From Stylophora pistillata (taxonomy: Eukaryota), in NCBI RefSeq assembly GCF_002571385.2, contig NW_019218625.1, positions 1 to 64,000 on the forward strand: a DNA stretch of 64,000 bases. Reading direction: 5' to 3'. Under the pieces are notes generated by a model. The model searched no databases. It was not told the DNA's origin and saw only the letters and a list, made by a program, of their open reading frames with translations. Every line of letters starts with the position of its first letter. Position 1 is the first letter of the stretch. Position numbers and translations under genes: made by a program. Below are positions 12,624 through 25,881 of this stretch, piece by piece.

Positions 12624-14577
12624 ATGTTAGAGAGAATCAAGCCCCTTGTATGCTTCTTTTACTTTTCAATGGTGTACATCTCTTGGGGATATCCTGGTAT
12701 GTAGTGAACTAAGAAAAAAACTATTATTGATACGAATTCGGAAATCGTTACTAATGTCGGTCTCTCTCCTCATGGAAATTCCTGCTCAGCATAAACAATT
12801 ATAGAGAAGTTCATATGGTGGGTTACCAGTCTGGGATTTAGTGAATATTCCTTTTCATAGCAGTCACAAACGAACATCAGATGTGTATAGCTGATGTGTT
12901 TCATTTTGCGTTTCCAACTCGTCCATATTTCGGGAGAGTTTTAGATACATCTGTGACTCTTCCGGTACGCAAAACATAAAAGTAGAGGTACTAGACATAT
13001 TACTTATTCAGTTTGGGGAAGAAAATTAAGCTTCACGCATGTTAGATTTGAGTCAAGAGATCTTTAATGAACCGTTACATTTAAGGACAATAATTACAAG
13101 ACATGATGTTTTTTATGTTTAAGACTGCGGCGGTCGAGAAATCCCTCTTCCTCTATTTCCATCACAGCCGTGCTCAACTACTGGACGGGTATGGCATTTT
13201 GATTTCAGCTTCCCCACTGAATATGAGATTACTGCGGTGCAGATCTACGTTTCTGACCAAGTTACTGGCGACAGCAAAGTTGAATGGATTCTATTCCAGG
13301 CGCTTCTTTCAAACACATATGTGACTCGTGATTGGTTCAAGGTAACAACTTGTTTTTGTTTTCAGTTTTGTTTTTTTTTTCTGACCTTTACTAAAAATCG
13401 AGGTAACTAAGAGGATGGATCGAAGGTCGTTTTACTCAATGAATATTTGACCTTTCTTTTTTCAGCCACGACACGGTTTTGGGGAATTATTACATCGTGG
13501 CTCCATTATTGAGGTAATAGCTCGTTCACTTGCAATTCTTACCTAAAGTCCCGCCCATTTTTTTTCTGGCTTAACTAAAAATCGAGGTATGATTGAGGGT
13601 CATTTTACATAAGGAGTATTCGATCTTTCTTTTTACAGGCACGAAACGGTTCTGGGAAAAAGTTAGTACTTTCCAAACCAGTTATAACTCGGTCTTTGAG
13701 AATTGTGCTGGGAAGACCCCGCCATACCCTTCGCACCCGAATTTGTTTTCTTGGTGTAGTGTTTGGATGCGAGGCAACCCCTCAAGGTGAGAGTGTAGGA
13801 AGTAGTGGACAGCCAGTTTGAATTAAGTTATTCTATTGAAAAAGCCTTATTCGAATAAACTTTAACTAAAGAAGAATTGAGCTTTTGAACTGATTCCAGA
13901 AAACTTTTTCCCCATAAGCAATTTGTGAAAAGCTTCTTTTACAATGTTAAAATTTTTCAAATAAACACCATAGGAATCAGATGAAGCGTATTATTATTTG
14001 ATGTTAAAAAGTATTAGTTGCTTGTGTCATATCATCATATTAGACCATGTGTTTTTTCTAACACCTTTCCTACCTTTCCTCGCCAAAAGCACAGTGCTCA
14101 GCTTACATCACTGTATGATGGATGATAAAAAAGCCTTTATTCAAGAAACTGCTCGTCAGATTTCAAGTTCTATCCACCATTTGCATGCTAAGAATATTTC
14201 TACTGTAGTCTCGCCTTATGTTTTATGTCCATATCCTTTTAGGTTGTATTATGCCTGGCTCTCCAGTCCTCTTCAAAGAAGAAGGAAAATATTTGAAAGG
14301 GCGCTTTTCGTTGACCACGAGACGTTCCGGATGGGAGATTGTTTATGGAAAAAAATTCATCTATAATAACAAAAATATTATTCTTGATGAGGGACCACCA
14401 AGCGAGCTGCTTAAGGGAACTGTAGTCGTTGGGAAAGATTCGGAAGGGAACTTACGAGAGGGTAAAGCAAAACAAATGTGCTTGTACCCAGATCAGTGCA
14501 CGATCGAGACCAATGGTGCAGAATGGCAAAGTAAATTCGATGACGTCAGGCTTTTGACAGGAAAACTGTGTAAATAA
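12624..14577 (+). CDS. Gene S2: intact paralogue of S1 (~257 aa, or ~273 aa with an extra 48-nt exon)
   Basis: Exons 12624-12696 (MLERIKPLVCFFYFSMVYISWGYP), 13124-13341, optional 13466-13513, 13639-13786, 14243-14577. The frame stays open with or without the mini-exon. Confidence 0.8.
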
Positions 14578-16046
14578 TCTGCGTTTACTATTGCTTTTGG
14601 TATTTAACTCTCATCCCGCAGTCTTGTTTTTTTCTGTTTGAATTCTTCACCAGTTTAAAACCAGTTGTTCAGCGCTAAGATGTTTTGTCCACTTTGCGCA
14701 TTTCTCTCTTCTCAGTACGGCATTCTGTGTTTTAAAAGATAGATTACTTTTCATTTCAGAGTTATTTGTATATGATGTATGGAGGAGGAACGTTTGAGTG
14801 CTTAACTTGCCAAAAAACAACTATCTACATAGATGAAGGCCTTCGCTCTCACAATGTGATCGATCCTCCTTCTCACGAGCTGCTGAAGTCAAATAAGAGA
14901 TAATTTTATCATAAGAACGCTTTATATGGACTTATTTTAGATCATAAAAATCAGGGTCTCTGTACATATATTTAAATGCTTAATAAACCTGAAGGTGAAA
15001 AGGTGTTGTTAAGGAATTATACTTCAGACGAATTGAGCGGGGGGGGGGGATATCGGTAATTAACAGGAGCGAATTTGGATGTAAAAGGCATTGATTCGCA
15101 ATTCCGCCATCGAACTCGAAGGCACCTAGCCATCTAGCCATATATGTTTTTGTACCCCTCTATTCTATATAGTTTGAATAGCGTACCACAATTGCTAAAG
15201 AAACCAGCAAAAGGAATGTTGAAGAAGATAAATTACCCAAACAAATCTTTTGCTTTGCTAGGATGCATAGATAGGGAAACAATTCCCTTCCCCCGTCTTT
15301 TTTAAAAAAATTGATAGTAGTCAAATGCCTTGCGATTTTTTAAAGGGAGAAGACAATTGGCGGAAGAACGTGATACACTTATGGTCTCAGTGCTTAGTTG
15401 GCCGACAATTAAAAAGTGTCATTTTATGAGTTTACCAGAAGATAATTTATAATGGCAAGGTTTATTCAAAAATATCTTTGTTGGGCCCCAACCACCTAGA
15501 CTGCGATTTAATCAACCATGAATGCTGCAATCTTTCTTTCTGAGCCTACCTTTGAGAATCAAATGACGTTAACCCACAAAACTGAGCTAAAAATAAAAGT
15601 GTAGTTTGATCCCAACATAGAGCGGAAATTACTATTTGAAAGGCTTTGACCTCTACTTCGCATGGTTTAATAAGCTTATTCCATAATCCCATTTTATAAT
15701 TAGCAAAATTTAGTCCATAAAAACAATAATCAGCTTTTCTTGATGAGTCATAGCTTTCATAATTTTGTTTACTCTTATCATTTGCTAACGCGTTAACGTT
15801 TTCAAAGTCATATCCAGCTTTGCGCGCCTGTGGAGCAAAAGCATTAAGGGAAGTCATAATCATAATTTAGTATATTTTGGCAAGTTTTCAGACGAACGCA
15901 CTGAAGGGATTGGCTTCTGTCTATTAATTTTCCGCTTCAGGGGAAGTGAATTTTACAGTAGATCTAAAAAAAGCCCATGTTCAAGTTCCTTATTTTCTGT
16001 GAATCGTTGTTAGTGAAGACGTCATATTTTGCTAGATGAGCGCCGT

Positions 16047-19000
16047 ATGAAGTTGATCAGCTTGATTAAGAGGAAGTCAAAGGACATGAATTTCTATGCT
16101 GCTTGTTTCGTTTACTTTTTAGTGGTCTCACTCTGTTTCAGATCGACTGGTAAGTAGCTTGTTAAAAAAAAAAAAAACGTTTGTTTTTCTATGTAAAGAG
16201 CCAGACTTTGCCCTTTCTTTTGCTTTGGGTTTAGTATAGAGCTTGCGATCAATTTCCGTTGTATGAGAAGGGTTTTAACAAATTTCAAATAGTTCTGAAA
16301 AACACCAACGTTAAAGTAGGAACCATTCTATCTAAAACATCGTTATTTATTGAAATTGAGGTGCATTAGAACTAAATCAAACTGCGAAACAGTAAGGTAC
16401 CTTTGGGACTACAAATTTGTTTTAAGATTTGTATAGATAATAGCATGACTTGTAGTGGTATTTGGCATAAAAACCCCTCCATTAATTTTGGCGCGATTTT
16501 ATTGGTTACCTTACGTCACGTGGTGCAAAATCACAGAACAGTTATCACGCAATAACCCCGTCTGCGTCGATGTTTGTCCTCCGATTTTTTTCCGTGAAAA
16601 AGAGACATAGTCAAGACCGTCAAGAGTTTCAACTTTTCCGTTCTCCTATTTACATGGAAGGAAACCAAACTGATTTTTTTTTTTATTTTTGCTTGCTTGC
16701 GTCAATCACGCGCACTTGCCATCAGATTACCACTGGCTTTTTTACTGTGTTTACGCGCAGTTTAATTACAATGTTAAAATTAATGGGAGGGTTATAAAAT
16801 AAATAAACCCCGTTCTGGCTTGCTGGTATGTCGGCTGATAATGTCCTTGGCTGAGAGATTATCCTCAAAATTTCATATTTGCCCTCGAAGCTTCGCTTCT
16901 CGGTCAAATATTCATTTTTCGGACAATCTCTCAGCCGCGGACATTATCAGCCGACATACAAGGCGCCCGAAGGGTTTATCTACTAAATAACATACCGCAA
17001 GTGATATTTTAAAATTATCCAAAATACCACGAGCCGCGAAGAAATGTTAAGAGCCGGTAATATCGCAAATACCGCGGATAGATCATCCTATTATTTATTT
17101 CATAATAGAAGCCGAGAAGCCGAGAAACCTTCGGTAACGCACAAGAGACCTTTATTTCCTCACGTTTGAAGAAATAATCACAGGCGTCTGCTTTCGTACA
17201 ATCTTCTCTCTCCTTTCTCACACATCCTGTTGTCATGGTAACCTTGTTATACCATCGAGTTTTGCTCTTATACCACTATTACACTAAAATAGTGATACTT
17301 TCAACCATCAAATCTCCGACATTTCTCGGCTTATGTCATATTATTTTATTATTGTTTCCATAACTGATTCATACTGCGATGTGATACCATCATGTTGATG
17401 CTAACAGGCTTCTAATAAAGCTGAAGCGGGCAGTTGGTTTAAGCTCTATTTATTTATTTTTGCCAAATGAAAACACAACAAACACGCTAAAAACACCACA
17501 AACTTATTTGAAACACAATACATTTATCTGAAGCACAACACAAACACTGTACTGAAAACAGAACACACAAAATGAAAACACAACACACACAAACTGAAAA
17601 CACAATACACACAAACTGAAAACACAACACACACAAACTGAAAACACAACACACACAGACTGAAAACACAACACAATCGTCCAAAACACAACACACTTTC
17701 CAACGCACTAGTTTTGTTTCCGCTGGGCTGTATGATACGCAGGCGCAATAAAAAGTATGAACATGGCGGATAATAAAGAGGAAGAAGCTATTCGATTCTA
17801 CTTTTCGAAGAATTGTGATCACAATACCATTTTGGACTTTCTTGAAAGATGCCACGGACTAAAAATGTCAAAAAGAACTCTTCTGAACTGTCTAAAAAGG
17901 TATGGTCTGTGCAGAAGAGGAAGGGCAATAGATGAACAAATTGTACGCGGAAATATCGCGAGAGAGCTCGACGGCTCCGGATCGCATCTCGGATACAGGT
18001 CCATGTGGCGAAGGCTTCATTCAAAGTCTGGAATTAATCTTCCAAGGTCAACTGTCCAGGTTTTGTTGGCTGAACTCGATCAGTCTGTGTGTGTTGTGTT
18101 TTCAGTCTTTGTGTTGTGTTTTCAGTGTTTGTGTCGTGTTTTCAGTTTGTGTGCGTTGTGTTTTCAGTTTGTGTGTGCTGTGTTTTCAGTTTGTGTGTGT
18201 TGTGTTTTCAGTTTGTGTGTGTTGTGTTTTCACATTGTATGTGTTGTGTTTTCATTTTGTGTGTGTTGTGTTCTCAGTGTTTGTGTTGTGTTTTGCACTT
18301 ATGGGCCACCGTACTTCTGCGGTAAGCAAACTCGATCCATGACTCCGAACGTACTGCAAATTAAAATCGCTTGAAAAGAAAAGCGGAAAGATGAATCTTG
18401 GATTATCGGTTGCCCCAACAGATTGACACGATTTAGACATTTGGTTCATATCACTGGCCTAGTTTGACATTAGCGAGAAGATGAAAATAAGAACATTTGA
18501 ATAGAAGTTTGCGCAAACTACGAATTCAAACCGCGTTGATCAAGAAGAGCATTCGCTATACCTGTTCAAATGTACCACGGTGACGTACACTTATGGAACT
18601 AAAACTCCTTATAACATGTTGTAGAGCCATTCTAGTTAATATCTCCTCTTTTAGGTCGGAAACATGGTCCTCGACACTACGTGAAGTCATTCCCTTGAAA
18701 TTTTACCTCCCTTCTAACGTGAATGCTTTCCTTAGTTTAAATAACTTAATCCCTGGCCCAGTTAAATTTTACAACATTTCTGATAAAATAATAAAATGTT
18801 ACTCCCCCCCCCTCCCCCTTCCCCGACTTACCAAACAATTCCGCGTTTCCAATTTCTCCCTCCCCTCCCCAAATGACCAAATAATTCCACGTTTACAATT
18901 TCCATACTTTGAAGTTAATTAATAAATGAGCCCAAAAAATGGAAAAAAGTAGCTGGGGTAAAAGACTATAAGATGATGGGAAACGTATAAGTGAAGATTG

Positions 19001-22000
19001 TCCCTCAGCTATTGACTCATCGGCAACTAACCCGGGTTGGGCCAAATGCTTTAATTCAACGCCTCTTTTGCAGAGAGTTGCAGCGATGAGCTTGGAATGC
19101 AAAGTAAGCGAATCCCAAACGAGAGTATTACAGCATCATCTTCAAAACGTACAGATAACTCTCCTCACTTTGCACGTTTGGACGGCCCAAAGGCCTGGTG
19201 CTCGGCGCCACATGACAAATTGCCTTACATACAAATCCAGCTGAGTGAAACAAAGATTATAACTGGAATAAAAACTCAAGGAAGCTCTTCGGATTGGGCA
19301 TGGGTGACAAAGTATGGAATCAAGTTTCTGGAAAATGGAGCATGGAAAGAATACAATAAGGTTCCCTAATTTTTAAATGTTTAGTTTTCATATTTTGGTT
19401 TGGTCTTCGGTTTACCACATTGCATCACCATGGTTAATTTAATACAGACTCTTTTTTACACCTTCATGTTCGAGGGGAAGCATGAGAGTCACTTGAGATA
19501 TTTCTTTAAAGTTAGTTAGGTTTAGTGTTAGTTTTATATCCGATTTATATATCACGGAAGCAGAAAAATAGTCCGAATCTTTCATGATTCTTGAAACTTG
19601 GAAATTATTTAGTTCCTCCGTCGCGAGCGCAAGAGAGAGAAAAGCTCCAACCATGGACTGAAAAAACCTTCAGCACTTCCGTTGACTCTTTCAACTTGCA
19701 AGATCCAACCTTTAATTTTCTCCTCTAGCTGCTTCATATTTCCTTATAAATTAATTACAAGAAATTGGTATTAGATCAAGATATTTTCTTCTACCTGATA
19801 AGTTTGAGCATTATCATTTCCTGTTGGCTAGATAATGTATAGATATATATCAAAAAAGTATTATAATCGTTTGTGTAACGATGTGGACATGTACATTGTA
19901 GATGCGGATCGCGACGCTTCTAAAGCAAACTTCAAATCTTCTTCAGGCGATGAGGTCGATTGGGTACACATCACCTTTAAACTTTTGAGCTCAGCTTTGA
20001 CGGGATGGAATTCTTGAATATCCCTGTCATGCTCTTTGATCCTCATCTGCATGGGCCTTCCAGTCTTGCCGATAGAAGGAGAAGTTACAAGTTACTCTTT
20101 CTGGGAATTAGAGGTTAACCACGCTTGAATCTAAAGCGTTAAGGCACAATGACCTTATGTTGCAAATGAACCATCTAAAAACTTATAACTCTCTGAGTTT
20201 CAGGAGTTAGCAGGCAACACAAACGTTAATGGCTTGGGGTCAAATATCCTAGATCCTCCAATCAGAACACAGTCGATTAGAATCTATCCCAAGAATCCAG
20301 TCACATTGGCTGGCCCCGATCCTAAACCCTGTTGCTTAAGATTAGAGCTGTATGGATGTTCTGCACCAGGTATGATTAAGGGATTCACCTATTGGCAATT
20401 TTTCATCGTCTGAAATAATTCAAAGATATAGTGCCTCTCGATACGGTCGCATGAAAATAGGCTTCCTTTTAACCCAGTTGATTAGGTCCATTTGCGACAC
20501 TGAGTGAAAGAGAAATAAAAGGATTTATGGTCTGCTCTGATTTGATAGTTGTAGCATGCTAAGGTCGTGTAATAAAAGGAGGAAGTATCCGAAGAAACTG
20601 TGGTGCTGCGTTAGTAGGGGAGCAAAGCTAAGAAAGATACTCTTTAGAGTGGCCAATGTACATTATGAACTCAGTTGATAAAACCAATTTATCTTTCTAT
20701 TCATATATGCCTAATGCTTCCTACAAAATAAGGTAAATGCGACAAAACACTGCAACAACACTTGTTAGACGTCGTTAGAAAACGATATCTACTGACTCTA
20801 ACTAAGACATGAGCGCTACATATCTCTGGTTGGAAAGAAAAAATAGTTACCAGAATGGCTGACACCCTGCAACATGAAGTAAGCGCTTTAGTCAGTTATA
20901 ACAATCATAATTCACCATGGTATTTGGCGCGTATCAACAGCATTTATGTGCATGGAGCGCCATGATGCATCATCTGGCCATATCTACTACTGCTTCATCT
21001 GCTTTTGACTTTATTTTTAAGGACCTATATGTGAGCCTCCGATTTCTCCTTATGGTTCAAACATCGTTTATCCTGCACAGCAAGGAAACCACGAAAATGG
21101 CAGCGTGGTTGTCTTTTCTTGTGAACCAGGCTTCTTCCTCACTGGGTTGCCAGTAATAAGATGCAGTGGGAACACTTGGACACAAATGAATTTCAAGTGT
21201 TTACTAGGTAAGAGCTGTTTTCTATCTTTTTATCGCCGAACAGTGCCATGATCGAGTTTGAAAAATCAGTCAACCTGAAGCAGTAGAGCGATCGACTGCT
21301 GGTGTTGGAGTAGAGGGAAAATGATTTGTTGTATGACCGACATACTTGATATATAAATGTCAGTGTTATGAGAAGAGAAGCTTATTTAGTTACTCGGAAT
21401 CCCATTCTTAGCTCGTTCGTTGGTTCATTTCCCTATCTTTGCATTTGACAGTTCTTTTTATAGAGAAAATGTGACAAGTGAAAATGTCGACCCTGTTACA
21501 GAAGTATAAACATGCAAAAATTATCCAAACAGCGGTAGAACGACAATAATCAGTTCATTTCGTTATTATTGCTGTCTAAGATTCTGAGCCACTCGGTGGT
21601 CTTATTGTTTAGTTTTTGGTTTATCTGTAACAGTATTTGAATCAAACACACGATTTTTGCGATCCCACGTGATCGAATGACATATGCTGACCAGAGATAA
21701 AGGTAGATTCAGTTCAAGAATTTCTTACGTTATCTGGTGCAGACATTGCATTTTGTAAGTTGTTGTACTCCTCTCTCTGTTTCAAGAGCTTTGCCATGAA
21801 ATATGAGGTATGTTTGATGATCAGGCCGTGCATGTAACATCTACTAATATAATCAAAGCCGCGTCGGAATTTCACTCTTATACAAATTTTCACTTGATCA
21901 GTAGACGTCTTTTTTAAATGTGTTAACGGCAGACAGAACTTGGAATAATTACCTGTTAAACTAAGCCCCGCCTCTTACCGCCCGTCCTTCAAATCAGCGT

Positions 22001-23445
22001 TATGAATAAAAAGATAGCTATGTCCCTCTCCCTTGGTAGTTTTTGAATTTCAATGAAACTGACCCATTGCAAGGGAAACACATATAGCCGAATTCACAAG
22101 TGCTGTTGTACCATTAATTTATTTCCACATTAAGTGTGCAACGAGGCCTTGGATCTCCTCAAATTCAACATCGGGTTCGTACACGGAATATGGGCGACTT
22201 ACATTGAGGTACACCTTCGAAAGGAAAGCTTTATTACAGCGGCAAGTATCCGCCTGAAAGATAACAGACATAAGGTTCGACAGATTTATTTAAAGGCGCG
22301 TATTTCCAACAAATGGGTACAAATTGGTCGTCATTTTAAGGTAACATTGTTTAAATTCTTTATGATTATATCTACATTATTATCGCCCTTTTCCCTTACT
22401 TTGTGTATTACTGGCTTCGAAATATTGTAAGTCTGACCCACCCGCAGACCATAGGGAGACGGAGTTGATTCACCTCTCCAATTTCTTATTCTTTTGCACA
22501 AAGTATATCCAATGCCGCTTTAATTTTGAGGAAAGGAAGAAATACTTACTCGGCAAAATATGAAAAATTAACTTCCAAAAAGCATAGTTACATTTTCCTA
22601 AACGAATAAAATGTGATATTTTTTCAGCCACCCGTCAGTGAAGCGGAGGAAAAATTTAAACTTTCTCAACCAGTTCTCGCTCAGTCTTTGCAAGTCCTAA
22701 TCATTACACGACATAGTTATGTCTTTACATTTCCAACATCTACAAGAGTGTTTGGATGTAAGCCTGTTTTTCGAGGTAAGAACTAAGATCATGGATAAAN
22801 NNNNNNNNNNNNNNNNNNNNNNNNNNNNNNNNNNNNNNNNNNNNNNNNNNNNNNNNNNNNNNNNNNNNNNNNNNNNNNNNNNNNNNNNNNNNNNNNNNNN
22901 NNNNNNNNNNNNNNNNNNNNNNNNNNNNNNNNNNGAATTAATTTAGAAACCACCTCTTCTTCGAAACCGAACAGTACTGATAGTTGTATGATGTGTGATA
23001 TCCTCTGGTACAAAATCTCTGTTCTAGAAACTATGTGAATTTTTATCGCAGTCGTTATCTCCAATCACGTATCACGTCTGCATCACTTTTAGGTTGCATC
23101 ATACCAGGCTCCGCAGTCCTCTTCAGGGAAGGACAGACTTATTTGAAAGGGCGTTTCATCTCTATCGCGAGGGGTCAACTGCGGGAAGTTGTTTATGGAG
23201 ACAATTTCTTATATAAAAGCAAAGATGAAGTCATTCTTGATGAGAAGCCAAACTTGACTGAACTGCCAGAAGGAACTTCAGTCGTTGGAGAAGATACGAG
23301 AGGGATCTTAAAAGAGGGAAAAATAAAACGAGTATGTAGTTCAACTCAGTGCACCATTGAAACCGATGGTACAGAATGGCAGAGCAAGTTAGAAAATGTT
23401 CGAGTCTTCAGAGGAAATGTGTGTGAGAAATATCTGTATACCTAA
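16047..23445 (+). CDS. Gene L2: secreted protein (~482 aa), signal peptide + FA58C/discoidin + CCP + divergent discoidin-like domain + Cys-bracketed tandem-Tudor-like module
   Basis: Exons 16047-16149 (signal; second possible ATG at 16086), 19074-19360 (CSDELGMQSKRIPNESITASS...AWC...ITGIKTQG...WVTKY), 20204-20369 (PPIRTQSIRIYP...CLRLELYGC), 21022-21207 (CCP), 22135-22340, 22628-22775, 23093-23445. 1449 nt in total, open frame. Confidence 0.8.
16455..17030. mobile_element. MITE-like insertion with an internal palindromic sub-element
   Basis: Ends gtggtatttggcataa / ttatccaaaataccac are inverted repeats; internal hairpin ~16805-16978. The block is missing from the paralogous L1 intron (~9390). 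Confidence 0.6.
17317..18313 (+). mobile_element. Non-autonomous, probably IS3EU-like DNA transposon relic with inverted minisatellite arms and an N-terminal transposase fragment
   Basis: Absent from the paralogous L1 intron (flanks rejoin at caaatct|cttctgcgg). (AAAACACAACACACACAAACTG)n at ~17470-17697 is mirrored at ~18085-18296. ORF from 17757 reads EEAIRFYF...MSKRTL...GYRSMWRRL. The right end is ...gggccaCCGTA. Confidence 0.55.
19861..20090 (-). mobile_element. Degenerate Penelope-like GIY-YIG remnant in an L2 intron
   Basis: Minus strand reads SIGKTGRPMQMRIKEHDRDI, matching the YIGxTxR...RxxEH motif. Confidence 0.5.
22800..22934. other. Assembly gap inside an L2 intron
   Basis: Run of N. 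Confidence 1.
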
Positions 23446-25881
23446 AATGCAAAAACAAAATAAATCTAAGAGACTAGTTATTATTTATCATTTGTAGCTC
23501 ACAGTTCAAGCTGCACACCAACACATTAGTTTTTTCTTAACTGCGAGTAGAAATAAGAGAGGTAAATTTCATCGTAACTCGACCAAAATCCTCCAGCGCT
23601 CCTCCCCCGGTGAAGGGGGAACGGGGGGAGGGTGGAGGGAGTGGGGGAGGAGCTAGACTATCATGAAAAAAATCCCCTTCCATAAACTTTAGAATAATAG
23701 TCTAGGAAAGGATATAAACCCTTAGTCATGCTAGGTTAACGGAGGTGGTTCCTTTTTTTTCAATTTATAGCTAGTGACATTGTTAAAATCATATTAAAAA
23801 AACATGTCGGGCTTCCATTCTCAACCTTTTTCGCTTTTTAAGCGTATTCGTACCCTCAGGGTTGTTTGATCCACATATACAAGAATACAACTAGTTTTGA
23901 AACTAAAAGATTCTACAGGAATGATCCAATTCTACTGGGGCTACCAGTATATCAACATAGGACGACAAATTGAAGTCAAATTTAAACTGATCATTTTTTT
24001 AGCCATCGGCACAAGTCGATGTGTCTTTGATTCTTAGATGCTTAATAAAGATCATTTTGAACACATGTATCGCAGGCATTAATTCTTTCCTTTTTTTGTA
24101 TTCACTTTTGGTGGCAAATGGTGCTTTAAAGTTGGATTAAGAGTAGTGCACCCAGGGACGAACTTGTAGGGTACTTTGCACTTTCGGATGCCTGCTCGAG
24201 TCGAGACGCTATCTGATCGTTTCTTTGTTGGCTTGTCTTTTCACATTTGTTTCTTTCATTTGTTGGAGGATTTGTGTTAAATTAATATGTTTTTTCATTG
24301 GCCAGAGTATTTTCCCCACCCTCAGACACTTTAGGGGTTCCACTGAAACGGCTCCAAAATTAACTAAGTTAAACATTAGATTTAAAAAAAATATTGCTTA
24401 AAACGAGATGAGCTCCCGATTTTGGAAGGACTTTCTGAATGGCACCAAACGAACTGTGAAAGAAAACTGAAGAAAGACATATTTTTAGCGACATAAATGA
24501 GATAAATATGTCTAGAAAGGCACCTTATTGAGGAGGGTCCTCTTCGCAGCAACAACGCACGCGCAGCACTAAAGCAAGTAAATAAACGGTCCGCTCACAG
24601 TACCGCGGCCCCGATTAACTCAGTAGGGCGAGCCAAACGGGATAACTTCCTCTATAGGGTTCCATGCAAACGAAGCAAAGTATAAATCGGAGCAAAAGGG
24701 ACATTGATGTACGAACAGAATTAAAAGTTTTGAAAGGGGAAACGATTTGCTAACATCTCAGCACTCAGTGGCTTAAGAACACCCTCTAAATAAGCACACG
24801 TTATTCTTGTTTGAAACCTGGCTTAGTTTCTAATCGTAATTCTCACATTTACACAGTTAGGGTGTTAGCAGCCATTCGCACAAAACTTCATCAAGATTTT
24901 GGGGTCATCCTCGGTGTAAAAACCTGACGACGTTTTCTTTGTTTCATGAGCTATTGTTTTGCTGTATGCTATTGTTTATAATATTTTGTTGTCATTGCTC
25001 TTAGTCACTCGTGAGCTTCACTGGTTTTTACACCGAGGATGAGCCAGATTTTGTAGACAAACAGGGATATCGAAAACTTCTCGGTATGGATTCCCAAAAT
25101 CAAATTGCGAAACAGCCTGTAGGTGACAAAGGGCAGCAGAACAATGTCTACTTGTTAGAATAATAATGCATTCGAAATACACTACCGAGAGCACGCAAAA
25201 ACGCACCAGAAGTATGTTGCTCTCAGGCTTCAAAAGTAACAACGCGCAAACATCCCAACCAATCGCTAATTTATGCAACAAAATCTTGCTTACGAGGTCG
25301 AAGGTGAAAAATTTTGATACGAAATTATTCATCGCCAGTCGAATACTTGTGGCAAAGAAGTTCACTCATGGCAACGTACAAATATTCCATTCTGTAAATG
25401 GCCGCTTTACATCAGAGGTAAAGCAGAGGAAACTCGAGCAGTGATAACCCCAAAGGAGATTAGGACTTAAATTACCTCCCTTAAAATGTAGTCTATTTGC
25501 TTCTGTCATGATTACTTAATTAGGAAAGAAAGAAAGAGAGAAACCATTTCATATTCATCGGCGATTTTCTTTGATTACAAACCGAAGAAAAAAGGTACAG
25601 CCACACTATCAATCTGCGCATTAACCCGCTACAAAAGCCCCGGCTTTCCAAGCAAAATGCATAATTGGACATCAGAGTAACTTTGAGAAATGATAAAGCA
25701 ACTATTTTCGTATGAGCTTTAAGAATGTGTTTAAATGACTTCTAAATCAGTATTAAGCCTCACTAAGCTCACAAGGAAATTTTTCCCCGGCACTATCACC
25801 GCACTTGTTACAAAAGATAACATTTATTTTAAAACGAAAAAGAGACACTCGAACATGTATTGAACCAGCTCAGTCATTTTC

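Noticed and set aside
17487-18342. Cys/Val-rich ORFs on both strands
   Set aside because: Translations of the minisatellite, not real proteins.
23611-23650. G-rich tract, possible G-quadruplex
   Set aside because: Not shared with the duplicate copy, and such tracts are common; no functional support.
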